From IMG/VR virus record IMGVR_UViG_3300044614_001923: DNA of 64,000 bases. The stretch is one strand, 5' to 3'. The notes under the pieces were generated by a model. The model worked only from the letters and a program-made list of their open reading frames with translations, was not told where the DNA came from and searched no databases. This DNA is from a virus. Lineage: Duplodnaviria; Caudoviricetes. The number at the start of each line of letters is the position of its first letter. Position 1 is the stretch's first letter. Both the position numbers and the translations under genes were made by a program. Positions 27,712 to 37,780 of the stretch are shown piece by piece.

Positions 27712-27740
27712 ATAAGACAATAGCGTTTGTCTTATTTATT
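27712..27740 (-). promoter_or_regulatory. Late promoter (AATAAATA) overlapping a 9-bp hairpin that abuts the cp12 ATG
   Basis: Minus strand AATAAATA-AGACAA-ACGCTA-TTGTCTTAT-ATG. Confidence 0.6.
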
Positions 27741-27752
27741 ATGGATTATAAT

Positions 27753-29087
27753 CTATTTTTTACCTTCAGTGTCTCTAATTAATGTTAATGCAGTTGTATT
27801 TGCAGTATTTGTCATTTTTGATAGTCCAATTTTATGTGCTAAAGATTCAATCATGTATCTGCCACTTTTTCGTTTAGTTAGTTTTAGTGGTGCCTTTCCT
27901 CCTTTGTTTTCAGGGAAAGTAACTTCGATAATATCACCAGCGTGAAGTTTCACATTTAATGGGATTACTATTTTTAAATTTGAAGTATTCAATTGATTAT
28001 AACGCGCTCTTGCTTGACGCATAATTTCATCAGGTAATAGGTTTTGCTCTTTAGATTTCTTTTTGTCTATAGGTTTTAATTGACCAGTATCTAAAGGTCT
28101 CATATTAATTTTAAATGTCCTATTAGCAAAGTCTAATGCCTCTGCAATAATAGGAATATCTTTTCCAGCATTATTCTTTTTTAGATTTTGAGTTATTGCA
28201 TCAAAAGGAGATGCTTCTTTGTATTTTGTTTTATATGGATCTACTGTTATAGATTCTGATTGAGAAAAAGTTCCACCTTTCATCATGTTCTCAATATCCA
28301 TACTCTTATTGAATTGATAATCCATAATTTTTGCATCATATCCAGGAGGAGCTGCTTCTTCAACTTTTTCATTATAAATGAATTTTGCTTTTGGAGACTC
28401 TGAAAATAATTTATCAATAGATTTAAACTTTATAGAATCTGAGGTTTGATACAATAAGTATCCAGCAAGTTTTCCCTTCGCTCCAGAGAAATCAGGAACG
28501 CAACGTGAAGCTAACCACAAACATTGATCGTATGGAGTTGCAGTCGCTTTATTTCCTTGAAATGTAAAATTTCCAAGTGAAGTATCAACATCAACTTTAA
28601 GAGATGTGCCTAAAGTATTTTTTAATATATCACTTACTGAATCTGATATTAATCCTTCATATTGCTTAATTACTCTTTTCTTAGTATCTTCATTTTCAAC
28701 CATGTCTGGCGACCACATATTCAAATCAACAAGAACTCCTTTAGTATCCTGTACATAATTATAATTTTTTAAAATTAAATCCAAATCTAATTTATTTTTA
28801 TAACCATCCTGCAAAGATATTTTTATTTTTTCTCCAGAGGTTAACTTTGCTTTATCAACTATATTAAGGTCTCCTCCAGTGGGCCCACTTACATCAACAA
28901 TTTTTGATGTTGCTCTTATTGTTGTATCGAAAATGCTTTCAAAATATTGCAATTCTGCAAATCCACCAAGATTCTGACTATTAGAAACCTTGATTACTTC
29001 TCCGCCACCATTCGGAGTGATCGTATATGTACTAATTACTGCTTGGCCAGTTTCAGCTGGCGTATTTGCGTACTTCTTTTCTGCCAT
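27753..29087 (-). CDS. Baseplate hub protein (gp27-like)
   Basis: YFESIFDTT, CLWLASR..GYLLYQT..FKSIDKLF, C-terminal LHAGDIIEVTFP..SGRYMIESLAH pattern of hub proteins. Confidence 0.65.
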   Translation of the reverse strand: MAEKKYANTPAETGQAVISTYTITPNGGGEVIKVSNSQNLGGFAELQYFESIFDTTIRATSKIVDVSGPTGGDLNIVDKAKLTSGEKIKISLQDGYKNKLDLDLILKNYNYVQDTKGVLVDLNMWSPDMVENEDTKKRVIKQYEGLISDSVSDILKNTLGTSLKVDVDTSLGNFTFQGNKATATPYDQCLWLASRCVPDFSGAKGKLAGYLLYQTSDSIKFKSIDKLFSESPKAKFIYNEKVEEAAPPGYDAKIMDYQFNKSMDIENMMKGGTFSQSESITVDPYKTKYKEASPFDAITQNLKKNNAGKDIPIIAEALDFANRTFKINMRPLDTGQLKPIDKKKSKEQNLLPDEIMRQARARYNQLNTSNLKIVIPLNVKLHAGDIIEVTFPENKGGKAPLKLTKRKSGRYMIESLAHKIGLSKMTNTANTTALTLIRDTEGKK

Positions 29088-29089
29088 TT

Positions 29090-32000
29090 TTAGGTCTTAA
29101 TATACACTGTTTTGACAGCTAACACTGAAGATCCTCCACCATAACTCTGGTATTTCTGGAGGCTATTATATTTATTAGGATCCCTTGATGGTGTATTAAT
29201 AACACCTCCACCCTGTTTACCTGTCGTTTCAACGTGCATGTGAGTTGGGTGTCCATGTCCTCCTGGACCCTCTTTAGGAGCCCCCGCCCCATACATTGCT
29301 CCCCAACTATCATGAATTAGCATATTAATGTTTTGTCCTTTTCTATTCTCATACAAAGAATTTAAGACAGAACGATATCTTGCTTTAGAATCTTCTAATG
29401 ATCCCCTAAAGTCAGTAACATCAAGTGCTCTTCCTTCATAGTGTCCCCTTCCTTTATGAACACTAGAAACTGATCCTTTTCCTGGAGTATATCCAACATG
29501 CTTTGTAAAATCTGGATGCTCTGCTACTTTGAATCCTTGTTTTAATAAAGATTTTCCAATTTCAACGATTGTTTTTCCACCTGCAGCAGTTTTTCCACCA
29601 CCAGCACCTCCTCCCATAACAACAATATCACCAAGTTGTGGAGCTTTTGCTGCACCTGGATTTTTAGCTCCATAAGCTTTAGCTGCAGGTCCTACAAACC
29701 ACCCAAAAAAGTTATTGGGTGTATTGGTTGTTCTCTGAACATCTTCAGCACCTTTTTTATTACCACCTCCCATAAAATCAGTTCTTCCCCCAACAAATTT
29801 TCTTGCCTCTTCTTGATATTTTGAATTTTTTAAAGCAGCTGCTGTTCTTTGCAAATCTCCCTTAGAAATTCCTGTTGCGGCAGAAGCAGTATCAAGATCT
29901 TTAATATTATGCCATTCTGGATTTGGAACTCCAGTTCTACCTCTTTTTGGATATTTCCAAGTTGGTTCATATTGACCTTGCCTTAGAACTATTTCTTTAA
30001 TGGTTTTGCCACCATATATTCCAGACGCAACTCTATTATAAATTGATTGGGCAACGTCAGCAGATCCCTGAGGATCTGCATCCTCCATTCTTGAGATTGC
30101 AACTAATGTCCAAAAATCTGCATTTCCACCAGTGACAGTTCCACCCTCTCCAGGAGCACCAACATCTAAAGATGCAGATTCATCTTCTTTTCCTTGAGGA
30201 TCTCCATCTTTTGGGGTTGGTTCTCCTATTTCCTTTAAACCAAGTTGTCTTCTAATAATATTTACTGCTTTTGTAACATCTCTTGATGTTGATTGTCTCA
30301 AGCTATTTTCAATAGCGTTTCTCATCTCCTCTGTAGTTACACCTTTATTCTGATCAATTCTTAAATATCTTCCTGCAGTAACACTTTTTACTTCCCCACC
30401 TTCTTCCATTCTAGTAATATCTCTAGAAACATCTGAATATAATCTATTAATAGTTTTTGATCCCTTTAAAACCCCATAAAGATTTATTAAGGAATCAGAA
30501 ACTTCTTTAAAGAATCCTGTTGTAATGCTTTGACCTAATGCTAGATCAATGGCAGCTCCCATTATTCTTCCAATAAAAGGAATTTTCTTTAGAGTATATG
30601 AAAGTGATAATAATGCATCGAATGGACTTTTCTTATTTTGGTCTGGACTCTTAGGAAAAAGTTCTTGAACCTTATTAATTCCTCCAACATCTTTACCAAC
30701 TTCAACTTTTTGGGGGGATTTAATATTTCTTCTTTTTTGTAATTTTGCAGTTTGCTCATCATCCTTCTTTAGAGTTCTTCCACCTTCTCCAATAATATTG
30801 CCACCATTTGCATGAGCAGCAATCAATCCACCATAAACTCTTCCCTGTGTCCCTGCATTATTTTTCTTATTGCCAAAGAAAATATCATAGAGTTTTCCAC
30901 CTGCCCAGTCTCCAGCAAATCCTCCTAGAACAGCTCCTATAGGACCACCAAAACCAGTACCAATAGCACCAAGTATAGCAGCACCAATTCCTTTAAATGC
31001 TGCTCTTCCTAAAGGTTCTCCCATTGCGACCGAGAGACCGAAATCAATCAGACCTCCAATCAGAGGTAATCTTTTAACAAAAGGTCTAACAATTTTTAGT
31101 GCTGCTTTTGTTCCCCCTTTACCAAGAAGTGAGACCGCTCCTTTTCTAGCAAAATTTGTCGCTGAAGATCTTCCATACTTTCCGCCAAGAGATCTTACGC
31201 CATCTTTTCCAAATTTCTTTATTGCAGCATCTCTACCATATCTTTCCGCATATTTTCTAGCAGCAGCTGGATCAACTGCTCTAGTTCTTCCTGCTCTTCT
31301 ACCTGTAATACCTACATCATCACCACCACCGCCGCCAGCACCACGACCTCCTCTTCCTCCACGACCTCCTCTTCCTCTACCGCCGCGGCCTCCAAAACCT
31401 TTTGATTTTGAGAGTAGTATCGCAAGGATAATTGCGCCATTAATAACCTTATTCAACATTCCAGAGAATTGATCAAATATTTTAAGAGATCCTTCGCCAC
31501 CAACTTTTTTGATAAATCCTCTTATTTGATCAAATTTTTCATAACTAAAATCGATAAAATTAACTAATCCTTCTACAGTTTTAACAAATACTGTTCCTAT
31601 AAACTTTCCAATAGAAATTATTGTTTGAAAAGCTTTATTTGCTTTATCTATATTTTCTTTTGTAAAGAATTTGAAAAATAAATTTCCAGCAATTGTCCAG
31701 AAAAAGAAGTTTAGAATTTTATCTAAGAAACTTGGTTTAGGTATAGAAATTCCACTTCCCTTTCCTTCTTGTTGTTCTTTTTTAGTTTGTTTTTCAAGAT
31801 CATCTTCTCTTGTTTTTCTTCTCTTAACTTTAGATTGTTTATCTTTTTCCGATAAGATTTTACTGTTTGTATCTATAATCTTTTTGAATGTTTTATCAAT
31901 AAACTTAACGCTCTTGTCAATCGCCTTTAAGTTTGGAATTAATTTATCAAAATTAAAAGACTCTTTTGATTTTTGATTACGTAGTTTTATTGTTTTTTGT

Positions 32001-32113
32001 TTTACAACCAGAGGTGATTTTCTAACAATGGCACTAGCACTACTTCTGTTTGCTAAAACAATACCACCACCTTTATCTGTAGATCCGAATAGTTTTTGAG
32101 AAGAGATTGCCAT
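29090..32113 (-). CDS. Tape-measure/hub-like protein with SleB-type cell-wall hydrolase and M15-like peptidase domains
   Basis: Helical and Gly-rich TM-like segments; FWTLVAISRMED..VAQSIYNRV..IVLRQGQYEP; HYEGRALDV..HMHV. Confidence 0.7.
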   Translation of the reverse strand: MAISSQKLFGSTDKGGGIVLANRSSASAIVRKSPLVVKQKTIKLRNQKSKESFNFDKLIPNLKAIDKSVKFIDKTFKKIIDTNSKILSEKDKQSKVKRRKTREDDLEKQTKKEQQEGKGSGISIPKPSFLDKILNFFFWTIAGNLFFKFFTKENIDKANKAFQTIISIGKFIGTVFVKTVEGLVNFIDFSYEKFDQIRGFIKKVGGEGSLKIFDQFSGMLNKVINGAIILAILLSKSKGFGGRGGRGRGGRGGRGGRGAGGGGGDDVGITGRRAGRTRAVDPAAARKYAERYGRDAAIKKFGKDGVRSLGGKYGRSSATNFARKGAVSLLGKGGTKAALKIVRPFVKRLPLIGGLIDFGLSVAMGEPLGRAAFKGIGAAILGAIGTGFGGPIGAVLGGFAGDWAGGKLYDIFFGNKKNNAGTQGRVYGGLIAAHANGGNIIGEGGRTLKKDDEQTAKLQKRRNIKSPQKVEVGKDVGGINKVQELFPKSPDQNKKSPFDALLSLSYTLKKIPFIGRIMGAAIDLALGQSITTGFFKEVSDSLINLYGVLKGSKTINRLYSDVSRDITRMEEGGEVKSVTAGRYLRIDQNKGVTTEEMRNAIENSLRQSTSRDVTKAVNIIRRQLGLKEIGEPTPKDGDPQGKEDESASLDVGAPGEGGTVTGGNADFWTLVAISRMEDADPQGSADVAQSIYNRVASGIYGGKTIKEIVLRQGQYEPTWKYPKRGRTGVPNPEWHNIKDLDTASAATGISKGDLQRTAAALKNSKYQEEARKFVGGRTDFMGGGNKKGAEDVQRTTNTPNNFFGWFVGPAAKAYGAKNPGAAKAPQLGDIVVMGGGAGGGKTAAGGKTIVEIGKSLLKQGFKVAEHPDFTKHVGYTPGKGSVSSVHKGRGHYEGRALDVTDFRGSLEDSKARYRSVLNSLYENRKGQNINMLIHDSWGAMYGAGAPKEGPGGHGHPTHMHVETTGKQGGGVINTPSRDPNKYNSLQKYQSYGGGSSVLAVKTVYIKT

Positions 32114-32117
32114 GATA

Positions 32118-34883
32118 TTATCCTGCTGCTCCTATCCCATAATATTTTTGTTTAATTTGCTCTCTATGATCCATTCCAAATGGACTATTAGTACTTAAGT
32201 TTTCAGATTTTGTTCCTGGAGATGGAGTCGGTGCTTTTGGTCTCATATCAAGAACTTCTGGGGGAAGATTCATCATTTTAACACCAGATCCTGTTGGTAG
32301 CGGATTTATTCCTCCATACTTTCCACTTTTCCAAGCATTTGAATTGGGATCTAAACGTGCATTTATTGATTCAACTGCATCAACCCCACCCTTGTCAACT
32401 GCATCTTTAGTTAAAGCAACAAGTTTTTCTCCAGGTTGAACTCTTATACCTCCCCCACCAGCAAACGGTAAAAATTGTCTATCCGCACCTTCTCCAGGAA
32501 TATTATAACCAGTGTTTTCATTTATATCTATAATTCCTCCACCTTGTTTTTTTGAACTTCTACCTCCTCCCATACCACCACCAGCTGGTTTGTATGCAGG
32601 TTTTGCCGCAGGTTTAGGTGGATTTGCTTTTCTCTTATCCGCTGCTGCTTTCGCAGCATTATAGTCTTTATAATATTTACCATCAGAAGATGAATAATAT
32701 CTTCCAATTGCTGCAGCCCCTGCTTGTTTTGCTCTTGCTTCTGATGCTTTTTGTTGAGCATCTAATCTTCTATTTGCTTCTGGACCACCAAAAGCTCTTT
32801 GACTCCATCTTCCCATTTGTCCAAAAAATCCACCTCTCTTATTGTATTCTTCTCCTCTAGCCCTATTCTCTTCAGAAAATCTTCTTGGCATCATATCTGG
32901 ACCAACATCACTCCAAGTCAATCTATTCAATCTCTGCTGAGATTCCAAAGAGGTTAATCTAGATTTTCTAGCAGCCGCTGCGTCATTATAATTTCCATAT
33001 GTCTTTTGATCAGATGATGAATAATATTTACCCTTTGATTCTGCGTAATCCATTCTCGCAGAATTTCTAGGTCCGCCAAATAATCCTCCTGGTTTTAAGA
33101 ATCCTCCTCCACTCTTATCTCTGTGATCTTGAGCAACATAGATAACCTTATCTCCTTGTTTCATTCCATAGTATATTTTTCCAGCAAGAGTTATTTGCTT
33201 TTCATAAGATCCTCCAGGTGGAAGTTTTACCTTAACAGCATCTCTTCCTTTATACTTTGCTCCATATCCTGTGCCTATATTAGTTCCGAGTTGTGCTCCT
33301 TTAATATTAATTCCAGTACCAGATGCAAGTGCTTTTTGCACTTGTAATTGAGATTCTATTCTTTTTACTCTCTGCTCTATTGTTCTGTCTATAGTTGCAG
33401 CAGCAGATCTTGGTCCACCAGAATATGTCCTTCTAGATTCTGGAGCACCAGATCTTAAACTAACTCCAGTTTCTGGAGATTGATTCATTCCCCCAACTAC
33501 TCCACCTTCATGAAACGCCTGGAGTATTCCGCCAAATCTAGCAGCTCTTATGTTACCTGCATATTTTGGTTTATTTGCATTTGGTCCTCCATGCTGAGAG
33601 TTTAATGCGAGTAAATTCTTAGCACCCACTGCATCAACAGTCTTCTTATTAATTACAACCTCTCCAGGTTGAGCTGCGATTAATTGAGTATCTGGACCAG
33701 CGCCAGTAATTCTAACCCCACTATTATTTTTTACTCTACCTCCTTTTTTAAAGGAAATATCTTTTGATCCTATGAGACCACCACTTGCATATGATTTTGT
33801 TTCTCCAGTCTCAAGTCGATGAATCTGCTCATCAATTTCAGACCCCATTCCCTGAACATTTTTTTGGAACCAATTGAGATTTTCTTTTTGCTTCTTTAAC
33901 TTCTCAATCTTTTCTTCAGGAGTGCCAGGTGCTTCTTCTGTTTTTCTTTCTTGCTCATCTACTGTTTTGGGGAAGAGCATTGGTATCACTGCCCCTGCAC
34001 TGAATAAAGCAATTGCGGCAGTTAAAGCAGGATTAATCCTTGCTAACATAAACAGTCCTCTTATTAGAGTACCTGTAATAGTTGCGATAAATCCCCCTAA
34101 AGGTGTGGCAAATGCCAAGAATCCAGTCAATATTGCAGGCCACCAATCCTTTAAGAATCTAAAAATACTTCCTACTTTCTTTTGATTCTTTGGATCATTA
34201 AACCAATCCAACAATTTAAAGAAAGTATTTCCAAGAAGAGTCCAAAATATAAACTTAAAGATCTTATCAAAGATACTTTCGAATGGTTTTACAACCGCAC
34301 TCACCATACTCTTAAGAACTTCACCCCCGCGGGATTCCATTCCCTGTTCTTTTTCAGATCTTCTCTCATTTTCAGCACGTCTCTTATCCGCCAGTAAACC
34401 TTTATCCAAAAGTTTACTGAGAGTTTTTACTGACTGAGCAATAGAGTCTACTGACTTGCGTATAGAAGAAACTAATTTTTCAAGAGAATCTTTAGAATCT
34501 TTTTTAGGTTCTTGTTTTTTTGGTTCTTCTTTTTTATCTTCTTCCTTTTCTTTCTTAACAGCAGTTCCTGGAAGCAATTTTGGAGTATTTGGTACTTTCT
34601 TTTCTTTTAATATATTAAGATTAGTTACAGACTTTGCACTAATCTTTTTACTCTTTGCTTTAAATCTTCCAGACTTTCCTTTTACTTTTTTAAATTCGTC
34701 TCTTAATAATTCAATCTCTTCAGTTGGGATCTTTTGTTTACCTATGACACCATATTTTACTAATGCCTCTTTGAGCAGAGTAGCATAGGTGTCATAGTCT
34801 AAGTCAAATACATCCTCAAGACCAAGCAGCCTAAGAATTCTTTCATCTATAGATTCTGTTTTTGAAGTCTTAGAGGCTGGCAT
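32118..34883 (-). CDS. Tape-measure/baseplate hub (gp29-like) protein
   Basis: Lys/Glu coiled coil, hydrophobic helices, GAGPDTQLIAAQPGEVVI motif (twice); adjacent to gp51. Confidence 0.6.
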   Translation of the reverse strand: MPASKTSKTESIDERILRLLGLEDVFDLDYDTYATLLKEALVKYGVIGKQKIPTEEIELLRDEFKKVKGKSGRFKAKSKKISAKSVTNLNILKEKKVPNTPKLLPGTAVKKEKEEDKKEEPKKQEPKKDSKDSLEKLVSSIRKSVDSIAQSVKTLSKLLDKGLLADKRRAENERRSEKEQGMESRGGEVLKSMVSAVVKPFESIFDKIFKFIFWTLLGNTFFKLLDWFNDPKNQKKVGSIFRFLKDWWPAILTGFLAFATPLGGFIATITGTLIRGLFMLARINPALTAAIALFSAGAVIPMLFPKTVDEQERKTEEAPGTPEEKIEKLKKQKENLNWFQKNVQGMGSEIDEQIHRLETGETKSYASGGLIGSKDISFKKGGRVKNNSGVRITGAGPDTQLIAAQPGEVVINKKTVDAVGAKNLLALNSQHGGPNANKPKYAGNIRAARFGGILQAFHEGGVVGGMNQSPETGVSLRSGAPESRRTYSGGPRSAAATIDRTIEQRVKRIESQLQVQKALASGTGINIKGAQLGTNIGTGYGAKYKGRDAVKVKLPPGGSYEKQITLAGKIYYGMKQGDKVIYVAQDHRDKSGGGFLKPGGLFGGPRNSARMDYAESKGKYYSSSDQKTYGNYNDAAAARKSRLTSLESQQRLNRLTWSDVGPDMMPRRFSEENRARGEEYNKRGGFFGQMGRWSQRAFGGPEANRRLDAQQKASEARAKQAGAAAIGRYYSSSDGKYYKDYNAAKAAADKRKANPPKPAAKPAYKPAGGGMGGGRSSKKQGGGIIDINENTGYNIPGEGADRQFLPFAGGGGIRVQPGEKLVALTKDAVDKGGVDAVESINARLDPNSNAWKSGKYGGINPLPTGSGVKMMNLPPEVLDMRPKAPTPSPGTKSENLSTNSPFGMDHREQIKQKYYGIGAAG

Positions 34884-35052
34884 TTGCGGACTGTTGTTTT
34901 CTTTCTTCTTCGTCTATATGCTGCTTGAGTAACTCAACATAAATGTCTCTTTCCCAAGGAATCAAATTTTCAATCTCAGTTAATGAATATTTATGATACT
35001 GCATTAGAGAAAAATTAAGTTTAAAATAATTCTCAAGATCCATATGAGACAT
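34870..35052 (-). CDS. gp51: Baseplate hub assembly catalyst
   Basis: NFSLMQYHKYSLTEIENLIPWERDIYVELL. Confidence 0.85.
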   Translation of the reverse strand: MSHMDLENYFKLNFSLMQYHKYSLTEIENLIPWERDIYVELLKQHIDEEERKQQSANASL

Positions 35053-35054
35053 TG

Positions 35055-35774
35055 CTATGCGAAAAAACTTGAGAGTCCCTCCAGCGTTACTTCGCTTTCA
35101 ACTTTTGTATTTGGATTCTTTACCTTGACCTTGTGAGATAATTTTGGCATCGTATCAAAGAACTTTTCAACTTCTTTAAATTGACTTGAGTTCATTTGGT
35201 CCATAAAGTCAACTAGTTCTTTCTTAGTTACATCTGAAGAAGTCCAAACTTCATCTTCTGTAAAAACTTTATCAATACAATCCGCCACAAGTTCAAAAGA
35301 TTTTTCCATAGTATCTCCAGCAGATGAATCAAAATTACTCTTGATAAATTGCTCAAGTGATGGATATCTCATTTCCATCGTAATCTTATCATCAATTTTA
35401 ATTTGTTTATTATGTTCTGGATCTTTAACGACCTTAATATCATCAATATTAATTTTAACTGGAACTGAAGTATCCTCATCATCTGGACAGATGATTCCAA
35501 CTTCAATATCCTCACCAACTGATTTTCCTCTAATGTTCAAAAACAAATACTCAATATCAAAAGTGGGTAAAGATTCTACTTTGATATTTTTTGTTTCTAT
35601 GCAACTTTTAATTACAGTTTTAATTGCATTTGTAATTTGTTTTGTATCTTCACTCTCAAGTGCGATTACGAGAAGTTTTTCTTCTCTAACAAGGAATGGT
35701 CGGTATTTAATCGTTTCCCCAGTTGAGGGAAGTTCCAACTCATATGTTGGCGTAGAAATCTTAGGTAAAGGCAT
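35055..35774 (-). CDS. gp26: Baseplate hub subunit
   Basis: MPLPKISTPTYELELPS..YRPFLVREEK..FDIEYLFLNIRGKSVGE. Confidence 0.9.
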   Translation of the reverse strand: MPLPKISTPTYELELPSTGETIKYRPFLVREEKLLVIALESEDTKQITNAIKTVIKSCIETKNIKVESLPTFDIEYLFLNIRGKSVGEDIEVGIICPDDEDTSVPVKINIDDIKVVKDPEHNKQIKIDDKITMEMRYPSLEQFIKSNFDSSAGDTMEKSFELVADCIDKVFTEDEVWTSSDVTKKELVDFMDQMNSSQFKEVEKFFDTMPKLSHKVKVKNPNTKVESEVTLEGLSSFFA

Positions 35775-35811
35775 AATCTCCTAAACAATTCATATGGATT
35801 ATTTATTAGGG

Positions 35812-36906
35812 TTATGCAATGTTCATTGATCCAGGTGTTTGCTGGAAATCTCCTACAGAACCAGAAAATGGTTTTGTACTTCCTGTAGGTTGTCCCAAAT
35901 TCAGATCATACGCACCAGTATTATCAACGCCAAATTGTGGGTTTTGGAATTCTTCTGCTCTACCATATGCCTGCTGCATTTCATTTCCAGTAATTTTAAA
36001 TTCTGGACTACCTGGATTTTTAGGATCGGGAGATGCTGTATCTTTAGCTGTTGGGTTTACCCTAGCAAAGTATCTAGAAAAACTAAAAGAAACAGTACAC
36101 TTAAGTAATTGAGATTGATCATAAGTCACTGGCATTGAATTAATAGCAATTGGAAATGCCTCTAAAAAGACATATTCAAGAGGAGGAGTAACATCTGGTC
36201 TTCCTGTGTTTTTTTCAAACTTGGTAATAATTAAAGTATCTGTTTTATATTTTACAGGATAGTTCATTCTATAATAATAATTATTATCAGTAAATCCTTT
36301 TGCCTGCTGTTCATTGACAATATATGTTATCCAACCTTCAAAGAATCTAATAACTGTATATCTAGTATCTACATAAAATGTAAAATCAGCTCTATCGTCA
36401 TAAAGTCTTCTATATGCCATCTTCTGTGATACACCATGATAATCATTATTGACATCATGAGTGGCAAGTGTTGATCCAGGCAATGATGCTTCACTGCATG
36501 AAATTTCAATTAGATCAGAATTTATGGAGTTATAAGGAGCTCCTGCATACTGAGGTTCTTTTTGTTTCTGCCAAGAATCGACAGGAGCAGGTGGTTGAAA
36601 TTTACATATAAAGTGAGATGTTGTTGCTGGTTGTAAAATCTGAGTTTTAATATCTGCAATACTTCTTGGTCTAGTTGATGCACCTTTACCTGGACCATTT
36701 CCTGATGGACCAGGATTTGTTGTTGATCCGTCTCCAGTTTGACTTGTAGGCGTTAAATTTAATCCAGAAGAATATGCTTGCTGAGTATTTACACTTGTTG
36801 TGCTTGGAAGTGTTGCTGTTGAATTAATTGGCGCAGCACTCGAAGTAAAATCCGTTCCACCACCAAACGCAAGAGCAGTATTATTTGAAGATGCTTTTAA
36901 AGCCAT
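35812..36906 (-). CDS. Tail tube-fold protein (gp54 / gp19-like initiator)
   Basis: CSEASLPG...FTFYVD..FFEGW..FEK..AFPIAINSMPVTY...VSFSFS tube-fold pattern; low-complexity N- and C-terminal extensions. Confidence 0.7.
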   Translation of the reverse strand: MALKASSNNTALAFGGGTDFTSSAAPINSTATLPSTTSVNTQQAYSSGLNLTPTSQTGDGSTTNPGPSGNGPGKGASTRPRSIADIKTQILQPATTSHFICKFQPPAPVDSWQKQKEPQYAGAPYNSINSDLIEISCSEASLPGSTLATHDVNNDYHGVSQKMAYRRLYDDRADFTFYVDTRYTVIRFFEGWITYIVNEQQAKGFTDNNYYYRMNYPVKYKTDTLIITKFEKNTGRPDVTPPLEYVFLEAFPIAINSMPVTYDQSQLLKCTVSFSFSRYFARVNPTAKDTASPDPKNPGSPEFKITGNEMQQAYGRAEEFQNPQFGVDNTGAYDLNLGQPTGSTKPFSGSVGDFQQTPGSMNIA

Positions 36907-36907
36907 C

Positions 36908-36915
36908 TATAAATA
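36908..36915 (+). promoter_or_regulatory. T4-type late promoter TATAAATA
   Basis: Exact consensus 36 nt upstream of gp4. Confidence 0.7.
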
Positions 36916-36951
36916 TTCCTAGTTTATATAATATGTATAAGAGATTTTGTA

Positions 36952-37404
36952 ATGCCAAAAGATAGTAAGTATCATCAGGGCAAGTTTAGACCACAAAATC
37001 CTGAGAAGTATGTTGGAAATCCAAACAATATAATCTATAGATCTAGTTGGGAATTAAAGTTTTTAAGGTGGTGTGATAGAAATCCCAGTATTTTAAAATA
37101 TGGTTCTGAAGAAATTTCAATTCCTTATTATGATCCAGTAACAAAAAAAGTGAGAAGATATTTTCCAGATGCTTTTGTCGAAATTGTACATAAAGATGGA
37201 AGAAAGTGCAAATATTTAATTGAGATAAAACCAAAAAAACAAACAATGCCTCCCCAGAAAAAGTCACAAAAAAATAAAACATACATTAATGAAATATATA
37301 CCTATGTGACAAATGAAGCAAAGTGGAAAGCTGCACAAGAATTTTGCAAAGATAATTTACTTGAGTTTAAAATAATAACAGAAGATGAATTGGGTATTAT
37401 ATAA
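36952..37404 (+). CDS. gp4: Head completion protein (TnsA-like nuclease fold)
   Basis: YRSSWELKF..YGSEEI.IPYY..RRYFPD..LIEIKPKKQT..NEAKWKAA. Confidence 0.9.
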   Translation: MPKDSKYHQGKFRPQNPEKYVGNPNNIIYRSSWELKFLRWCDRNPSILKYGSEEISIPYYDPVTKKVRRYFPDAFVEIVHKDGRKCKYLIEIKPKKQTMPPQKKSQKNKTYINEIYTYVTNEAKWKAAQEFCKDNLLEFKIITEDELGII

Positions 37405-37754
37405 TGGCACGTAATAGAATAAGTTCAATTAAAAAGAATTTAGATTCATTTAGCACAAAGGATGAATTAAGAAAAGAAATTCTAAATTCATTAAGTGAAA
37501 CTCATGCCTTACCAGAAATTGGAAACTTCTATACTTTTTTACATATTCCAGAAAAGAAAATAATATATGATCAATATCCTCTTGTCGCAACAATTAAATT
37601 GCAAGAATGGGGATTTGAAGGATTAAATTTTCATTCAAAAAATTATAAAAGTTATAAATGGAAGTCTATAAAGAGTAAATATCATTTGATAAGGAATAAT
37701 GAAATTGATGATCTGTTAGAACTAGAATATGGAAAACATCGTCTAAATAGATAA
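37404..37754 (+). CDS. Hypothetical protein, possibly gp2 (DNA end protector)-like
   Basis: GNFYTF..YDQYPLV..GFEGLNFH motif; coupled to gp4. Confidence 0.55.
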   Translation: MARNRISSIKKNLDSFSTKDELRKEILNSLSETHALPEIGNFYTFLHIPEKKIIYDQYPLVATIKLQEWGFEGLNFHSKNYKSYKWKSIKSKYHLIRNNEIDDLLELEYGKHRLNR

Positions 37755-37780
37755 AGCAATTTCCTGTCTCCAAATAATTC

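Noticed and set aside
36952-37404. TnsA-like endonuclease as a transposon or homing element
   Set aside because: Motifs and synteny match core head-completion protein gp4
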